A stretch of DNA of 35,677 nucleotides, taken from Octopus bimaculoides. Taxonomy: Eukaryota. How positions within the stretch are numbered: position 1 is the stretch's first letter; every line of letters starts with the position of its first letter. This document shows positions 1 through 11,635 of the stretch, in pieces. A program made the translations under genes and the position numbers. The stretch spans positions 174,546,734-174,582,410 of the forward strand of contig NC_068982.1 of assembly GCF_001194135.2 (NCBI RefSeq). The letters run 5' to 3'. Below the pieces are notes generated by a model that was given only the letters and a program-made list of their open reading frames with translations, was not told the DNA's origin and made no database searches.

Positions 1-727
1 GTGTGTGTGTGTGTGCTGCACGGAGGGAGAGGCACCCTTTGTTACAATTCTAAGTTTCCTGTTACCGTTTTCCACAGTAAAAATTGATTAAATTAAGTTA
101 GATGTGCTGAATAATTTTTTTTCCACCTGTTAGTAAATCGAAACCCATCCATTCATTCATACATACATACATGCATACATACAATATTAATTACATAGTG
201 TTTAGCTAGAAAAAATAAATAAATAAATAAATAAACGTTCTGATGGCCTATCTGTTTTGTTTTCCTTATTTTTTTCACGTTTTGATATTTACACACATAC
301 GTCAAGATTTAGTTTTACTTTGCAAATTAAATTACGCAAAAAAGCAGAACTTCAGTGGAACTCCTTTCTGATCAAACTCCCAACAAATAAATTATCTCTT
401 TGATAATCAACGAACTTCAGAACAGATCAGATTTACACTGAATATCTCATCATCAGATTGAAATATGTAATGATATAAGCAACGGCGTTACACATTATTC
501 AAATGCAATTGATATAAAAACTTTTATAATGTATCACTTAAAGCAAATTTTGCTTACACATTCAAACGACAATGAAAGGGGAAAATAAATTCTTTGAACG
601 TGACAGTTTTTTTACTTTCTTTTTTTTTTTTTTTGGAGTAACACAGCAAATACTCCTTCTTCAGTGAGTGTATGCACCGTTTATGCATATACACTTACTA
701 GATTATGTAAATTCAGTTTCTTTACGG

Positions 728-764
<37 letters not shown>

Positions 765-862
765 TTTTTAAGATAGTGAAGATGTCAATTCTATATGTTC
801 TTGCCGAAAGGGTGCCAAAAATAACGGTAAGGAAATGTACTATTATAATATTTTTCTCTTTC

Positions 863-1070
863 TACTAGAGATATAAGGCTCGAAATTTACGTGGGAAAGG
901 CTAGTCGATTACATCAACCCCAGTATTTGACTGGTACTTATTTTATCGATCCCGAAAAAATGAAAGGTAAAATCGACCTCGGCGAAATTTGAATTTGGAA
1001 CGTAAAAAAGAAAGAAATACCGTTAAGCACTCTATCCATCATGCTAACGATTCTGTCCGCTCACCGCCTT
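863..1070 (-). mobile_element. tRNA-derived SINE, family A (monomer)
   Basis: Reverse complement matches the window's recurring consensus: head with GAGTTCAAATT-type B box, central GCCTTTCATCCTTTCGGGGTCGATAAAATAAGTACCAG block, 3' CCTTGTGCC-type end. Confidence 0.85.
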
Positions 1071-1094
1071 CAGTCTACTATGACAGTTTTGGTT

Positions 1095-1297
1095 TCTAAT
1101 TTTGGCACAAGGTCAGCAATTTCGGGGAAGACAGTAAGCCGATTACATTGAACACCGGTACTCAACTGGTACTTATTTTATCGACCACGAAAGGATGGAA
1201 AGCCAAGTCAACCTCAGCGGAATTTGAAATCAGACATACGAAATTCCGTTAAGCATTTTGTTCGGCGCGCTAACGATTCTGCTAAGCTTGCCGCCTT
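1095..1297 (-). mobile_element. tRNA-derived SINE, family A (monomer), tandem with previous copy
   Basis: Same consensus (ggcacaagg...ctggtacttattttatcgacc...aaaggatg...gctaacgattctgc). Confidence 0.85.
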
Positions 1298-1626
1298 CGC
1301 GTACTATAACATTAATAGAAAATGTTCACACCTAAGTAATATTAATAATTTCAGGAGATACATTCAAAGCCCTATCGAATTACAAATATCTTCATTTTAT
1401 CATATTTGCAGGAAATGTTTCTCTTAGATTGAAAACTGATTCAAGTTGTTGATTAGCTATGGTCCCTTTTAAAAATGGAGTGCATTTATTTTTGTTCTTT
1501 TACTGCTTGCAGTCACTGCGTAGTGATCATCCTGAGGCGCCAACTTCAAGATTAAAATCGATTATATCGAGCATGATGCTAATATGCTATGCAGAGTTTA
1601 AATTCACAAAGTGAAAAAAAATGTAA

Positions 1627-2068
1627 CTAAATGCTATAAGATATTTTCTCCGTCGCTCTACCGATTCTGTACCTATTCACCTCATCTGATTCTAATAATC
1701 CTAGCACATGAACAATGCATTCTTTTATAATTTCCACGTAGGTAAATAGCTTACTTTTTCCAAGAATATAAGTTACTCTATGAATTGTTTCCATGATTTC
1801 AATTGCTAACATTATTTATGCTTGGTAGGTAGCATCTTTTTAGGTGTAGATTTGGGTATTCTCTTTCCAATTTAGAATATCTGCGATCTTTACATAAAGA
1901 AGATAATGTTGATGTGCATTGTATTTCTTCAGTGTTGCAAAAACAGAATTGCCGAATAAACACATCAGTTCATCTTCCATAGCAATACCAATAATGCTGC
2001 AGTATTAATTCTTCGTAGAATGTTCTTTTCTGTGTTCATCTAATGTTCTTCTCTTATTTATGGACTCG
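1627..2068 (-). pseudogene. Decayed hAT (GTF2IRD2/EPM2AIP1/SPIN-like) transposase N-terminal fragment
   Basis: Minus-strand translation with stops gives LMCLFGNSVFATLKKYNAHQHY (cf. CLIC..VLKEYNLRRHY zinc finger) and HRVTYILGKSKLFTYVEIIKECIVHV (cf. SYxVAxxIAKxxKPFTDGEFIKECI). Confidence 0.7.
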
Positions 2069-2400
2069 ACTGCATAAACAATAAACACTTTTAGAAAATT
2101 GTACAAAGATTGAGTTTGAAGATTCAAAGCCAAAGAAGATAAATACTTAAAACTGTCGGAGAATGGTACTCAGATGACATTTGGATTTGCCAACATTCTA
2201 TAATCACTAAATTTTGGTGTCTAACACAAAAGAGCATAACTGACTACTCTGATTATTGCAATCCATGTTGACAGTAATCGGTTATTGGTCAGTAATTGAT
2301 TACTTTTGGTGATCGATACTCTTGAGACTTCAGGAAACTAATACAAGGGGAAAGAATAATTTCTTTTGCAGAAAATACGTTCAAGATTGTGTGTGAGCGA

Positions 2401-2402
<2 letters not shown>

Positions 2403-2459
<57 letters not shown>
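2403..2459. repeat. (GT)n microsatellite
   Basis: Direct reading. Confidence 0.98.
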
Positions 2460-2462
<3 letters not shown>

Positions 2463-2471
2463 AAGGATCAA

Positions 2472-2716
2472 TGGTCCTTCCCGAGCGTTTGGCTCATAAA
2501 GCCAGTTTCCCAGATTCTGTGGCGTATATATTCAACCCCTGGACGAGACACCGATCTGTCGAAGGATTACTCATTTTTACCAGCTGAGTGGCCTGGGAAA
2601 ACGTGAAATGAAGTGTTTTGCTCCAAAGCACAACTTATCACCGGGTCCAGGAATCGAAACCTCAATCTTACGATGAAGAGTGCAGCACCCCTAACCACTA
2701 TGCCACGCGCCTTCAC
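2472..2716 (-). mobile_element. tRNA-derived SINE, family B (CORE-like central domain)
   Basis: Reverse complement head GGCGCGTGGCATAGTGGTTAGG (A box)...GGTTTCGATTCC (B box), then GAGCAAAACACTTCATTTCACG...CTCAGCTGGTAAAAATGAG resembling the CORE motif. Confidence 0.8.
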
Positions 2717-4409
2717 ATGTGTGTGTGTGTGTGTATTTCTATATAAATAATTATTCATTTTAATGAGGAATAATTAGAGATGACAGATGAGATTGTGTTC
2801 ATGTCTGTCTCAAAACTATTAACAGTGTTTGTGAAAAGAATTCTATACTGATGCAAGTGATTTACCGACTTTAGATGGTAGATACAATTTTAGGTGCCAC
2901 ATCTAATCTGTCATTTGGTTTAACGCATGCATTTGGCCTTTGTATGCCTTTAATGGCGTCCTCTCTATTGCAAACATTTGCACCATGTTTATTCCAAGGA
3001 TAAATCGATATCCCGATGCACTGCACCTTTCCCCATGCCGAATCACTGTTTGTAAGAAGATACACAAAGAAACAGCTTTCCAGCAGAGACTCGCCATCAA
3101 ACACGACAGGGCGCAGGCCTAGTGAGTAACGTCTCGGAAGGTTACTCTATTTTCTGGCAATCCCCTCTGCATATAATGACTTCTAATAAGGCTACATTAT
3201 GAATTGCAACCTCTGAGTCGTAATTTTTTTTTTCTGCCTTTACCCCTTTCGCTCTCGAATGTCCTGTAATTCTCATGGACGCTGCCCTTTTCCTCAGGCT
3301 AGCTAACCATAGAGTTTATAATAGTTTAAAATTTAAGCAAAAATAATGCATTTATATGGAATCGGAATAAAATTCTGAAACGGTAATGCCTTTGACATGG
3401 GCTTAAATCAAAATATATTGTGAATCAAGAACTAAAAACATCTCGAACTGGTCTGCGTTTATTGTAATGGCTTCTTTGTGTGAAAGAGGTGCATATTCTG
3501 CTATATCTAATCTGCAATATTACTTATACTTATTTTATCAATATTCAAGAGATGATGAGCAAAACTAAGTCTGCCTGCATTTTAACGCAGTACAGTTAGG
3601 TATCAAAATTTTTGAAGAGAAAAGTGAACTCAACTGGCTTTAATCGAAATTCGGCTGCATGAATGTCTTGTAGTGCACCATGACGGTCATAATGATGTCC
3701 TCTCACAAGTCATATAGCCAGTTTCTGCAAGTGAAAAGTATGCTCGACTGAAAGGAAAACATGCCAACTCCAGTATTTATTATTGCAAATAATTAGATTA
3801 AAGATTTACATTTAAACACATTGAAGCGTCCGACATAAAGAATGAATAAAGTCAGATATCGGTTTTCATATAAAAGTTTATCTGACTCATATACTCTTTA
3901 TATCTGCACGATTCGCTTTGTTGAATGTAAGCATGTATTTATCCTTCAATCCTAAATTAGTAATCCATAAATATGGTTTAAAATTAGTTTATTAGTTAGT
4001 TACTTGAAGGCTACTTGATGTTACACACTATTTAACAATGTTTCCCTTTAATGCTAAGTCAGCGATCGATAAATCTTGATTTCATAATTAGTTGGTATAG
4101 TAATAGTTATTAGAAGGTTACCCGGCGTTGCCAAGTAAAAAAGCACTCGTAGTTTAAACTTTTCCAGTTCCTCTTTCTTTTGTCTTTGTTACTGTATTTT
4201 TCATTCCCAAACGGAGAATGAGAATTATGGAAACTCTCCAGGAATACGTTATTTCAAACGTATTGTTTTAATTATTTGTAACATTTTCTTTTACTTCTTC
4301 AATTTTTATTTCCAGTTCATTAACCCACTATAAAAGAAATATCGCAAATACATTCTAGTCGTGCCAATCCGGTCGATATATCTTTAATATATGCATGCAT
4401 AAGCATACT

Positions 4410-4499
<90 letters not shown>

Positions 4500-4573
4500 C
4501 ATGCACACACACACGCGCACACACGCACACACGCACGCACACACACATACACACACATACGCGCGCGCGCGCG

Positions 4574-4616
<43 letters not shown>

Positions 4617-4635
4617 ATACATATATATATATATA
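4410..4635. repeat. Compound microsatellite (GT)n(AT)n(CA)n(GC)n(CA)n(AT)n
   Basis: Direct reading. Confidence 0.97.
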
Positions 4636-5001
4636 TTATGCAAGAATAAAACGAGAGAATACTTCAGGACATCGTTACACCTGTTCCAATAGCGTGTTTA
4701 TTCCGAATACGAGTACAAATGTCTAACATAGTAGGTAACATTACGTAAATTCGTATTGTTACATTTCTTCAGGCGATATTTCGTCGCATATCTTCCAAGT
4801 ATTTTGACAATGTATGACAGTTCTCAGGGGAAGCAAAATCCTTCTTGTTTTGTTACGTTTTGTTGTAAAACATAGCAAAACGAGAAAAATTCTACATATG
4901 GTGCAGATACTGAAATTGGCAACCAATCAAACTTCTTGACTTCACATTGAACCAAAGTAGTGTATGCTTTCTTTAAAGGGGAGTGGTTAGATAGTCAAGC
5001 T

Positions 5002-6875
5002 CAGTGGTTCTTAACCTGGGTTCGATCGAACCCCAGGGGTTCGGCAGGAGTCAAGACACACACATTATAGCCCGGTTCACCCTAGCAATGTCGGTCCATT
5101 TTTGTTGGCCGTCAAAAACTCGGCTGCCGACAATTTGGCAACACACGATTTTTCTTCGCCGTATTAGATTACAAATATTTAGTTGCTTAGTAAAATTTTG
5201 TTACACAGAATAAATTTTCATGATAAACTAGTTTATTAAAAAATAAATTACGAGGATGCAAGATTTAATTTTGAAATATTAATTTATAAATAAATAAAAC
5301 ATTTTAAAGAGCAAAGCAAAAAATCGGCTCAGTTTTATGTGTGTGTCCGTTCTGTGCAGCCCACTCGTATTATTTGTGACATCACGTCTCGCTGGCCACC
5401 ACTGGCTACAGCTCATCACGTCACATCATTTGGCTTTGATATGTGCTGCAGGGAACTTGGTGCACTCAGTAGTCGACATGTGGCTGTTGTGATTGTACGT
5501 CATTTGTGATTTTCTTTTCATCTTTCAAACTATTCATACTATGTCGATCAAAAAAAGAAAGCGGTTGGACAAACACGTACAACATGGATTCACTTGTATA
5601 AAGGAATGTGATGGGAGTCAGCGTCCTCAATGAGCAATTCTGGTCTAGCACCGGCAAAACTAAGGGAACACTTCTTAAAACTGCATGGAGATTGGAAATA
5701 CAAGACCACAACGCTCGCTGAATTCAAGGTGAAGGGAACTAATCTGAAAATGCTAATCTGCTTCTTCTCGGCTTTGTACCCATCGACAAACCGACCCTCA
5801 CAGCATCGTTCGAAGTTGTGTACCTGATCGCAAAGCAAGGCAAACCACACACCATTGGTGAGACACTCGTAAAACCAGCTGCGTTGAAGATAGCGAATAC
5901 CATGCTGGGAAAACTGCTGAAGTTGTCCCAAATTCCTCTTTCAAATGACACTATCCGCAGCAGAATATGCGACATGAGCGATGACATCTTGGGTCAAGTA
6001 GTTGCAGATCTGATTTCAAGCTCAGCACAATTCAGCCTCGACGAGACCTCCAACGTTTCCAATCTAAACCAGCTTGTTGTATTTGTGCGCTATGTGAAAG
6101 ACGACGTGATAAAGGAAGATTTTTTTTTTTGCAAGCTTCTTACAACAACAACAAAGGCAGCCGATGTAAAGAAACTTGTAGATGACTTCTTCAGAGACAA
6201 CGGGCTTTCGTGGTTTCTGTAGTTTGTTCGGACGGAGCTCCAGCCATGCCGGGACAACACTCTGGCTTTGGAGCGCTGGTGAAATCCGATGCACCACACA
6301 TCATTGTTACGCACTGTGTTCTGCACAGGTATGCATTGGTAACAAAAACTTTGTCTCCAAAACTGGCAGAAGTATTAAAAATTGTAGTTGAATGTTATGA
6401 AGCACCGCATCTCCAAAGAGTTGTGTAATGAAATGGGCTCTGAATTCGAGATACTTCTGTACCAGTCTAACGTTCGGTGGTAATCCCGGGGAGAGGTGCT
6501 GAATAGTGTTTTTGCCCTGTTTTTGCGAGAGTAGCAACATTGTCACGCAGTTCATTCTCATTTTGGCGTACATGGTCAATATTTTCGATGCTCTGATTCA
6601 TCTCAATCGACAGATACAGGGTGGTGGAGTCAACATCATTGAAGCAGAAGAAAACCTGAAGGCATATAAGAAAAAAAAGCTTCCTTTATGGAAACGACGA
6701 ACAGAGAATGACACCTTCGCAAACTTGTAAGGTCGAAGACGTGTCTGAAATTGGGGGACATTTCTGTACTTGGGGAACTGAAGCAAGTAATTGCCATGCA
6801 CTTCGATGAGGTCGCAAAGTCTTTCGGCAGCTACTTCCCCGCCAGAGAATCATATCCAGCATGGGTGAGACAGCA
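5002..6875 (+). mobile_element. hAT (Charlie/Buster, ZBED5/SCAN3/FAM200-like) DNA transposon, 3'-truncated, transposase pseudogenised
   Basis: 5' TIR-like CAGTGGTTCTTAACCT at 5002. ORF from ATG 5541 (MSIKKRK...GFTC...RPQ), then LAPAKLREHFLKLH, YLIAKQGKPHTIGETLVKPAA, IPLSNDTIRSRI, FSLDETSNVSNLNQLVVFVRYV, CSDGAPAM, HCVLHRYAL, VRW. Multiple frameshifts and stops; no right TIR found. Confidence 0.92.
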
Positions 6876-7275
6876 TTAATCTAACATTTTTTATCTACGA
6901 AGCTAGTCAGTTGGCCTTTCAACTAGACCAAAATTTCCGAAACCTGGCGTCGAAACAGGATGTTCACATCTCTATTCTTTAAATAATAGATAAGAAAGAT
7001 AGTTTTCTCTTAATGCTGTGTATGGACAAGTTACATGTATGTTTAGTTGGTCATACACTCTCGTACACGCTTATCCACGCACACACGCAAACAACTGTCT
7101 CGATTATGTATTGACTGCTGATCTGAGCAGTTAAATTACCTGCAATTTTTATTCAGAGTAAACTGTCTAGCCAAGAACAGCAGGGGTGGTTCTATGTTAA
7201 TTTGCCTAGATATAATCAATCCTTTATATATGTATGTATGTAAGGATGGATGGATGGATGGATATATATATATCG

Positions 7276-7329
7276 TTTATTTTATTCTTTTACTTGTTTC
7301 AGCCATTTGACTGCGGCCATGCTGGAGCA

Positions 7330-7331
<2 letters not shown>
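7276..7331 (-). mobile_element. Isolated 3' tail of SINE family C (GGTGCTCCAGCATGGCCGCAGTCAAATGGCTGAAACAAGTAAAAGAATAAAA)
   Basis: Reverse complement matches the end of the 31738-32180 element. Confidence 0.8.
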
Positions 7332-7366
<35 letters not shown>

Positions 7367-7395
7367 GAATATATATATATATATATATATATATA
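7332..7395. repeat. (TA)n microsatellite (interrupted)
   Basis: Direct reading. Confidence 0.97.
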
Positions 7396-7830
7396 ATAGT
7401 GTACATTTAAACACAAGAGAAACTACCTTTAACAGGCAGCTTTACGCGCTAGAAGAAGCAGTTAAAACGACCAAAACCACATATTTAAGAGCAATTTCGA
7501 AGGGAATGAAAAATAAGAACTTTTACTTTATTACTTTTTTACGGTTATACCTAGGTTTCGAATTTTATTTAGCAAATAAAATAATTGGCTAGGCGAAATT
7601 CTCATCAGTAACCGCGCCATAACATTAACATATAATTTAGAGACAAATAACACGTGTCTCATCATTATATGTTATAATTTTTCAAACTCACTGCGCAAGC
7701 GCAGTTTCAGTCGGCAGCATATGAAAAATGGCGAACTGATCTTCAAAATGCTAAAATCATATACGTAAAATATATAGGGTAGCGAGTTTTTTTTTTAGAA
7801 ATTTCACTACCAGTGGCCTAGCATGTATAA
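7396..7830 (-). mobile_element. Putative non-autonomous Penelope-like (pLTR/retrozyme-type) element hosting a hammerhead
   Basis: Contains an intact hammerhead followed by AATAAA on the minus strand and is bounded by (TA)n. Boundaries approximate; family assignment is inference. Confidence 0.5.
7542..7614 (-). ncRNA. Minimal type I hammerhead ribozyme, intact core
   Basis: Minus strand: CGGUUA-CUGAUGA-GAAUUU...AAAUUC-GAAAC-CUAG-GUA-UAACCG. 6-bp stem I, 6-bp stem II, palindromic ACCUAGGU stem III, GUA cleavage triplet. Confidence 0.85.
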
Positions 7831-10597
7831 AAAGTCAATAGACAACATATTCTCTCTCTCTCTCTCTCTGTATATATATATATANNNNNNNNNNNNNNNN
7901 NNNNNNNNNNNNNNNNNNNNNNNNNNNNNNNNNNNNNNNNNNNNNNNNNNNNNNNNNNNNNNNNNNNNNNNNNNNNNNNNNNNNNNNNNNNNNNNNNNNN
8001 NNNNNNNNNNNNNNNNNNNNNNNNNNNNNNNNNNNNNNNNNNNNNNNNNNNNNNNNNNNNNNNNNNNNNNNNNNNNNNNNNNNNNNNNNNNNNNNNNNNN
8101 NNNNNNNNNNNNNNNNNNNNNNNNNNNNNNNNNNNNNNNNNNNNNNNNNNNNNNNNNNNNNNNNNNNNNNNNNNNNNNNNNNNNNNNNNNNNNNNNNNNN
8201 NNNNNNNNNNNNNNNNNNNNNNNNNNNNNNNNNNNNNNNNNNNNNNNNNNNNNNNNNNNNNNNNNNNNNNNNNGTGTGTGTGTGTGTGTGTGTGACTTTT
8301 TGGTGTACGTATGAGGGTCTGCGGGTTCTTTTCGCTTTCTTTGTAATCAGAAGAAACCAAAAATTGTATGTAATGTGTTGATATAATAATGAACATAATT
8401 CTTCCGTTTTGTGGTTTCTAAGAGTCAGATTCGCTCAGATTTTTTTTTATGTCTAAGTGCATATAAACTGAAAAATTTCGTTGTAAAAATGCAGAGACAT
8501 GTCAAAAATCAATGAACACGCATACGAACACAATTTTAACTGTAGTATTATCTAATTGTATATTGATTTGTTTCTTGTAAGCACAAGTTTGATCATTTAT
8601 AAAGGAGGTGGGTAGGTAATTGAATCACTTGCGGGATACATTCAGTAAATTCGTTCTTAATCCTCAGGAATCCATATGGTTGGTGTTTATCTTTGAATTA
8701 TGAGTCATTAAGATGATAAAAGAAAATTCTCTCCTAGGATAACACGCTAGAAAAATCGCAGGTTGCGTTTTTCTGCCGAAAAAATTTCAACTCAAAACTG
8801 CAAGTCAACAAAATACGCGTTAACCTCTTAACATACACATTATTATTATTATTTTTTTTTTTTAATTTCCATGCATTAAAATTTTTTCATTTATTTTGAA
8901 TCTGTATATAAGGAAGAATAAGTACACAAAGCATTTTGGATCAGTTATGATTTATTATGAGGTTACTGATAGAAATGATAGCTAGTGATGATTAATGATA
9001 GAAAACGGGAATAACATCATGAATGAAGTATTTGGGGTTAGAAATAAGTGACAGATACCTCAGAGTATAGTGAACGTATATTTTCGTTCAAATATATATT
9101 TACTAGACATCTCTGAACGAAAATATACGGGATAATATGTTAAGAGGCTAATTCTAACGCTAACATCGATAAATTATACCACCTTCGGTACATTCTAACC
9201 CCTCGGTCTTGGTTAAGGACACACCATTGACTCCTCGGCTGATTTTTCAATACTTAGGTCGTCCTACAGCTCTTTATTGCTTAGATCGTCCTACAGCTTT
9301 CCCTGTACGACCCCGGAGTAATGAAAAGCAAAATCAATCATGAACATATCTGAAGGATAATAATTTTGATATGACGAAGCACTCAACCCTGCTCTGTAAT
9401 TCGTTAGGTACATAACAGACCTGAGTCTAAGGCTATTATAATGCTTGGTATGTCTGTACATTTTTATCGTTACAAGGCAATCTTCAGATTCAAGGGAAAG
9501 TGACACTGTAGTATTTAAAGAGACGGGGGTGGATTTTTAAAGAATGTTTATTGACCTTCGATGAATAGATTTTAAAAGTATATATCGTATTCGCGCTGTC
9601 TTCTACTATTTGAACAATTCCGTAGAAAGAATGCATTGGTGGTACAGGTGAGAGTAGAAATTCTACATCTATAAGGAATATAAAAAATATTTCTTAGCAA
9701 AATTAAATATAAAGAAAAGAAAGCCTAAATTGAAATAGTCGCCATTTCTTTGATAGCAGGGGCATACATTCTGGCTGTATTTTACAATGACTAACAGCTA
9801 TGTTTTACACTTTATATCATTACACTAATGTATATGACATAATCACAAGTTTTGCAAAGAAAGATCTAAATCTAATTCTGACCAACTAGTTTTTTTTTAT
9901 ATATTTTGCATTTCCTTATCTTCTTTCATTTGTTTGTTTCTTTTTATTATTTTTTTTATTTATTTTTTTTTACTTGTCAACCTGTTATTTATAAGATCAT
10001 GCGGTACGAGAAATGTTTGGGTTTTTTGTACTTTCTCGTCTATTTTGTTGTTTTTTTTCGTTCTCTCGTTTCATTCTTTTTTATTTTAATACTTTTTTTC
10101 TGTTTCTTTATATGTGTGTATGGGTGGAGAGTAAATGCTGACTCTTTAACCAATAAACATTCCACTAAGTGAGAGAGAGAGAAAGAAATAGAAAGAAAGA
10201 AAGAAAGGAAAGAGAAAGAAAACTTTCAATCAATTTGTTAAAACCTACAGCTACAATTTTTACCGGATGACGTTGCCTTTAACGTTGCCAGCAAATGTGT
10301 AATTATATTATCGCAGAAAGAAAGGAAATAAGGCACCCTGTTTCATTAAGAGCAATTACGGCTCAAAGGAGAGTGGTTGAATCATTTTATCTTCAACTGA
10401 AACAAACTCGATAAAAGATTCTTGTAACAAGGTGAAGTAGGCAAGGACGACGAGATACAGTGATGAGACAGAATTCTTCGCAAGACACTTAATCTTCGAC
10501 ACTGAAACAAGATTGATTTATTACAATTCGTTATGTAACGTTATTGTCTGGCGATTACTTACTAATAACAATAATATTTATGATAATTACTATTGCT

Positions 10598-10800
10598 GAA
10601 GGTGGTAGGTCGGTAGAATGGGTAGATCATCGAATTAAACGTGTTGTAGCGTATAATCACGTCCCTTTACACTCTGTATTCAAATCTCACAAATGTCTTC
10701 GTCGCCCCTCATCATTTTTGGGGTCTCGATAAAAAATAAAGTAGTCGTCAAGTACTATGATCGATATAATCAGCTATAAAGCCCTCAAGCCGCAAAACTG
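10598..10800 (+). mobile_element. Highly diverged SINE family A copy
   Basis: Colinear degenerate match (ggtggtaggtcggtagaatg...attcaaatc...tttggggtctcgataaaaaataaagta...gatcgatataatc). Confidence 0.6.
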
Positions 10801-11254
10801 CATTCATCGTGATCGCCATGGAATTTGGTATCTCTGTAAGTTTCACTAAATTTTTGCTATGTTTCCTCTGAAAGAGATAACGATACATGACATTTAATTC
10901 ACAGTTTCGAGGAGGAACTCATTCGCAGGATAAAACTGTGCTTTTTCTTTTGATGAGAGTCCTACAGGGCCGTGTCTTCGTTGAACTTTGTGTTTTTTAA
11001 CTTCATAATTTCATTGAAAAATCATGAATTCTAGGAAGGGTATCATAATGTTTAGCACGGAAGATGGGAGTGAGGTTTCAGGTTATACAAAAAGGAATGG
11101 AGATAGGCACTAAAGAATTGCTCAAAACAATGACAATAACAGCCAGATAAAACAAAAACATTGACGTCACAGTCAAAGCTATTATTACGTTATTAACGTC
11201 ACGCTAAAGACATAAGGATGAAGAAAATTATGTTACCATTTGCATGAAGAACAG

Positions 11255-11328
11255 AAACAGCAACAGCAGCAGCAACATCAACAACTACAATAACATTAAC
11301 AACAATGACAATAGCAACAGCGACAACG
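11255..11328. repeat. (AAC/AGC/AAT)n degenerate trinucleotide repeat
   Basis: Direct reading. Confidence 0.9.
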
Positions 11329-11510
11329 GTGGGACTGCGAATCTGTTATCTCTTGCATGCGCAGCTACATGTTGGCCTTCACACTCACTCGAGGGAAAAT
11401 GGTTATCAGAAATACTAGACGACATCATGGCTCATGAAATGATGACACAGTCGAGGATGTGAGCAGCCTCAGAAAAGCGCTATTTTCTAAAGAAGCATCA
11501 GTTTTAGCGA

Positions 11511-11525
11511 ATACTACTACTACTA

Positions 11526-11557
<32 letters not shown>

Positions 11558-11632
11558 GTTACTTCTTCTACTACTACTACTACTAGCGTTGCCGCTGCTG
11601 CTGCTACTACTACTACTACTATACTAATACTA
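11511..11632. repeat. (TAC)n array with internal (GCT/GCC) segment
   Basis: Direct reading. Confidence 0.95.
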
Positions 11633-11635
11633 CGT

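Noticed and set aside
445-460. CUGAUGA on the minus strand (also CUGANGA at about 3292, 4767, 9481, 11841, 20576, 24612, 33672)
   Set aside because: No properly spaced stem II plus GAAA plus NUH; several lie within transposase coding sequence.
6915-6975. Possible hammerhead around CCGAAACCTGGCGTCGAAACAGG
   Set aside because: GAAAC is present twice, but there is no CUGANGA core or convincing stem II. It may be a PLE-like remnant but cannot be supported.
9253-9299. Tandem 19-bp duplication CTTAGRTCGTCCTACAGCT
   Set aside because: Only two units and no array, so not CRISPR-like; probably a local slippage event.
10752-10840. Apparent exon MIDIISYKALKPQNCIHRDRHGIWYL with gtaagt donor
   Set aside because: Most of it aligns to the 3' half of a diverged family A SINE.
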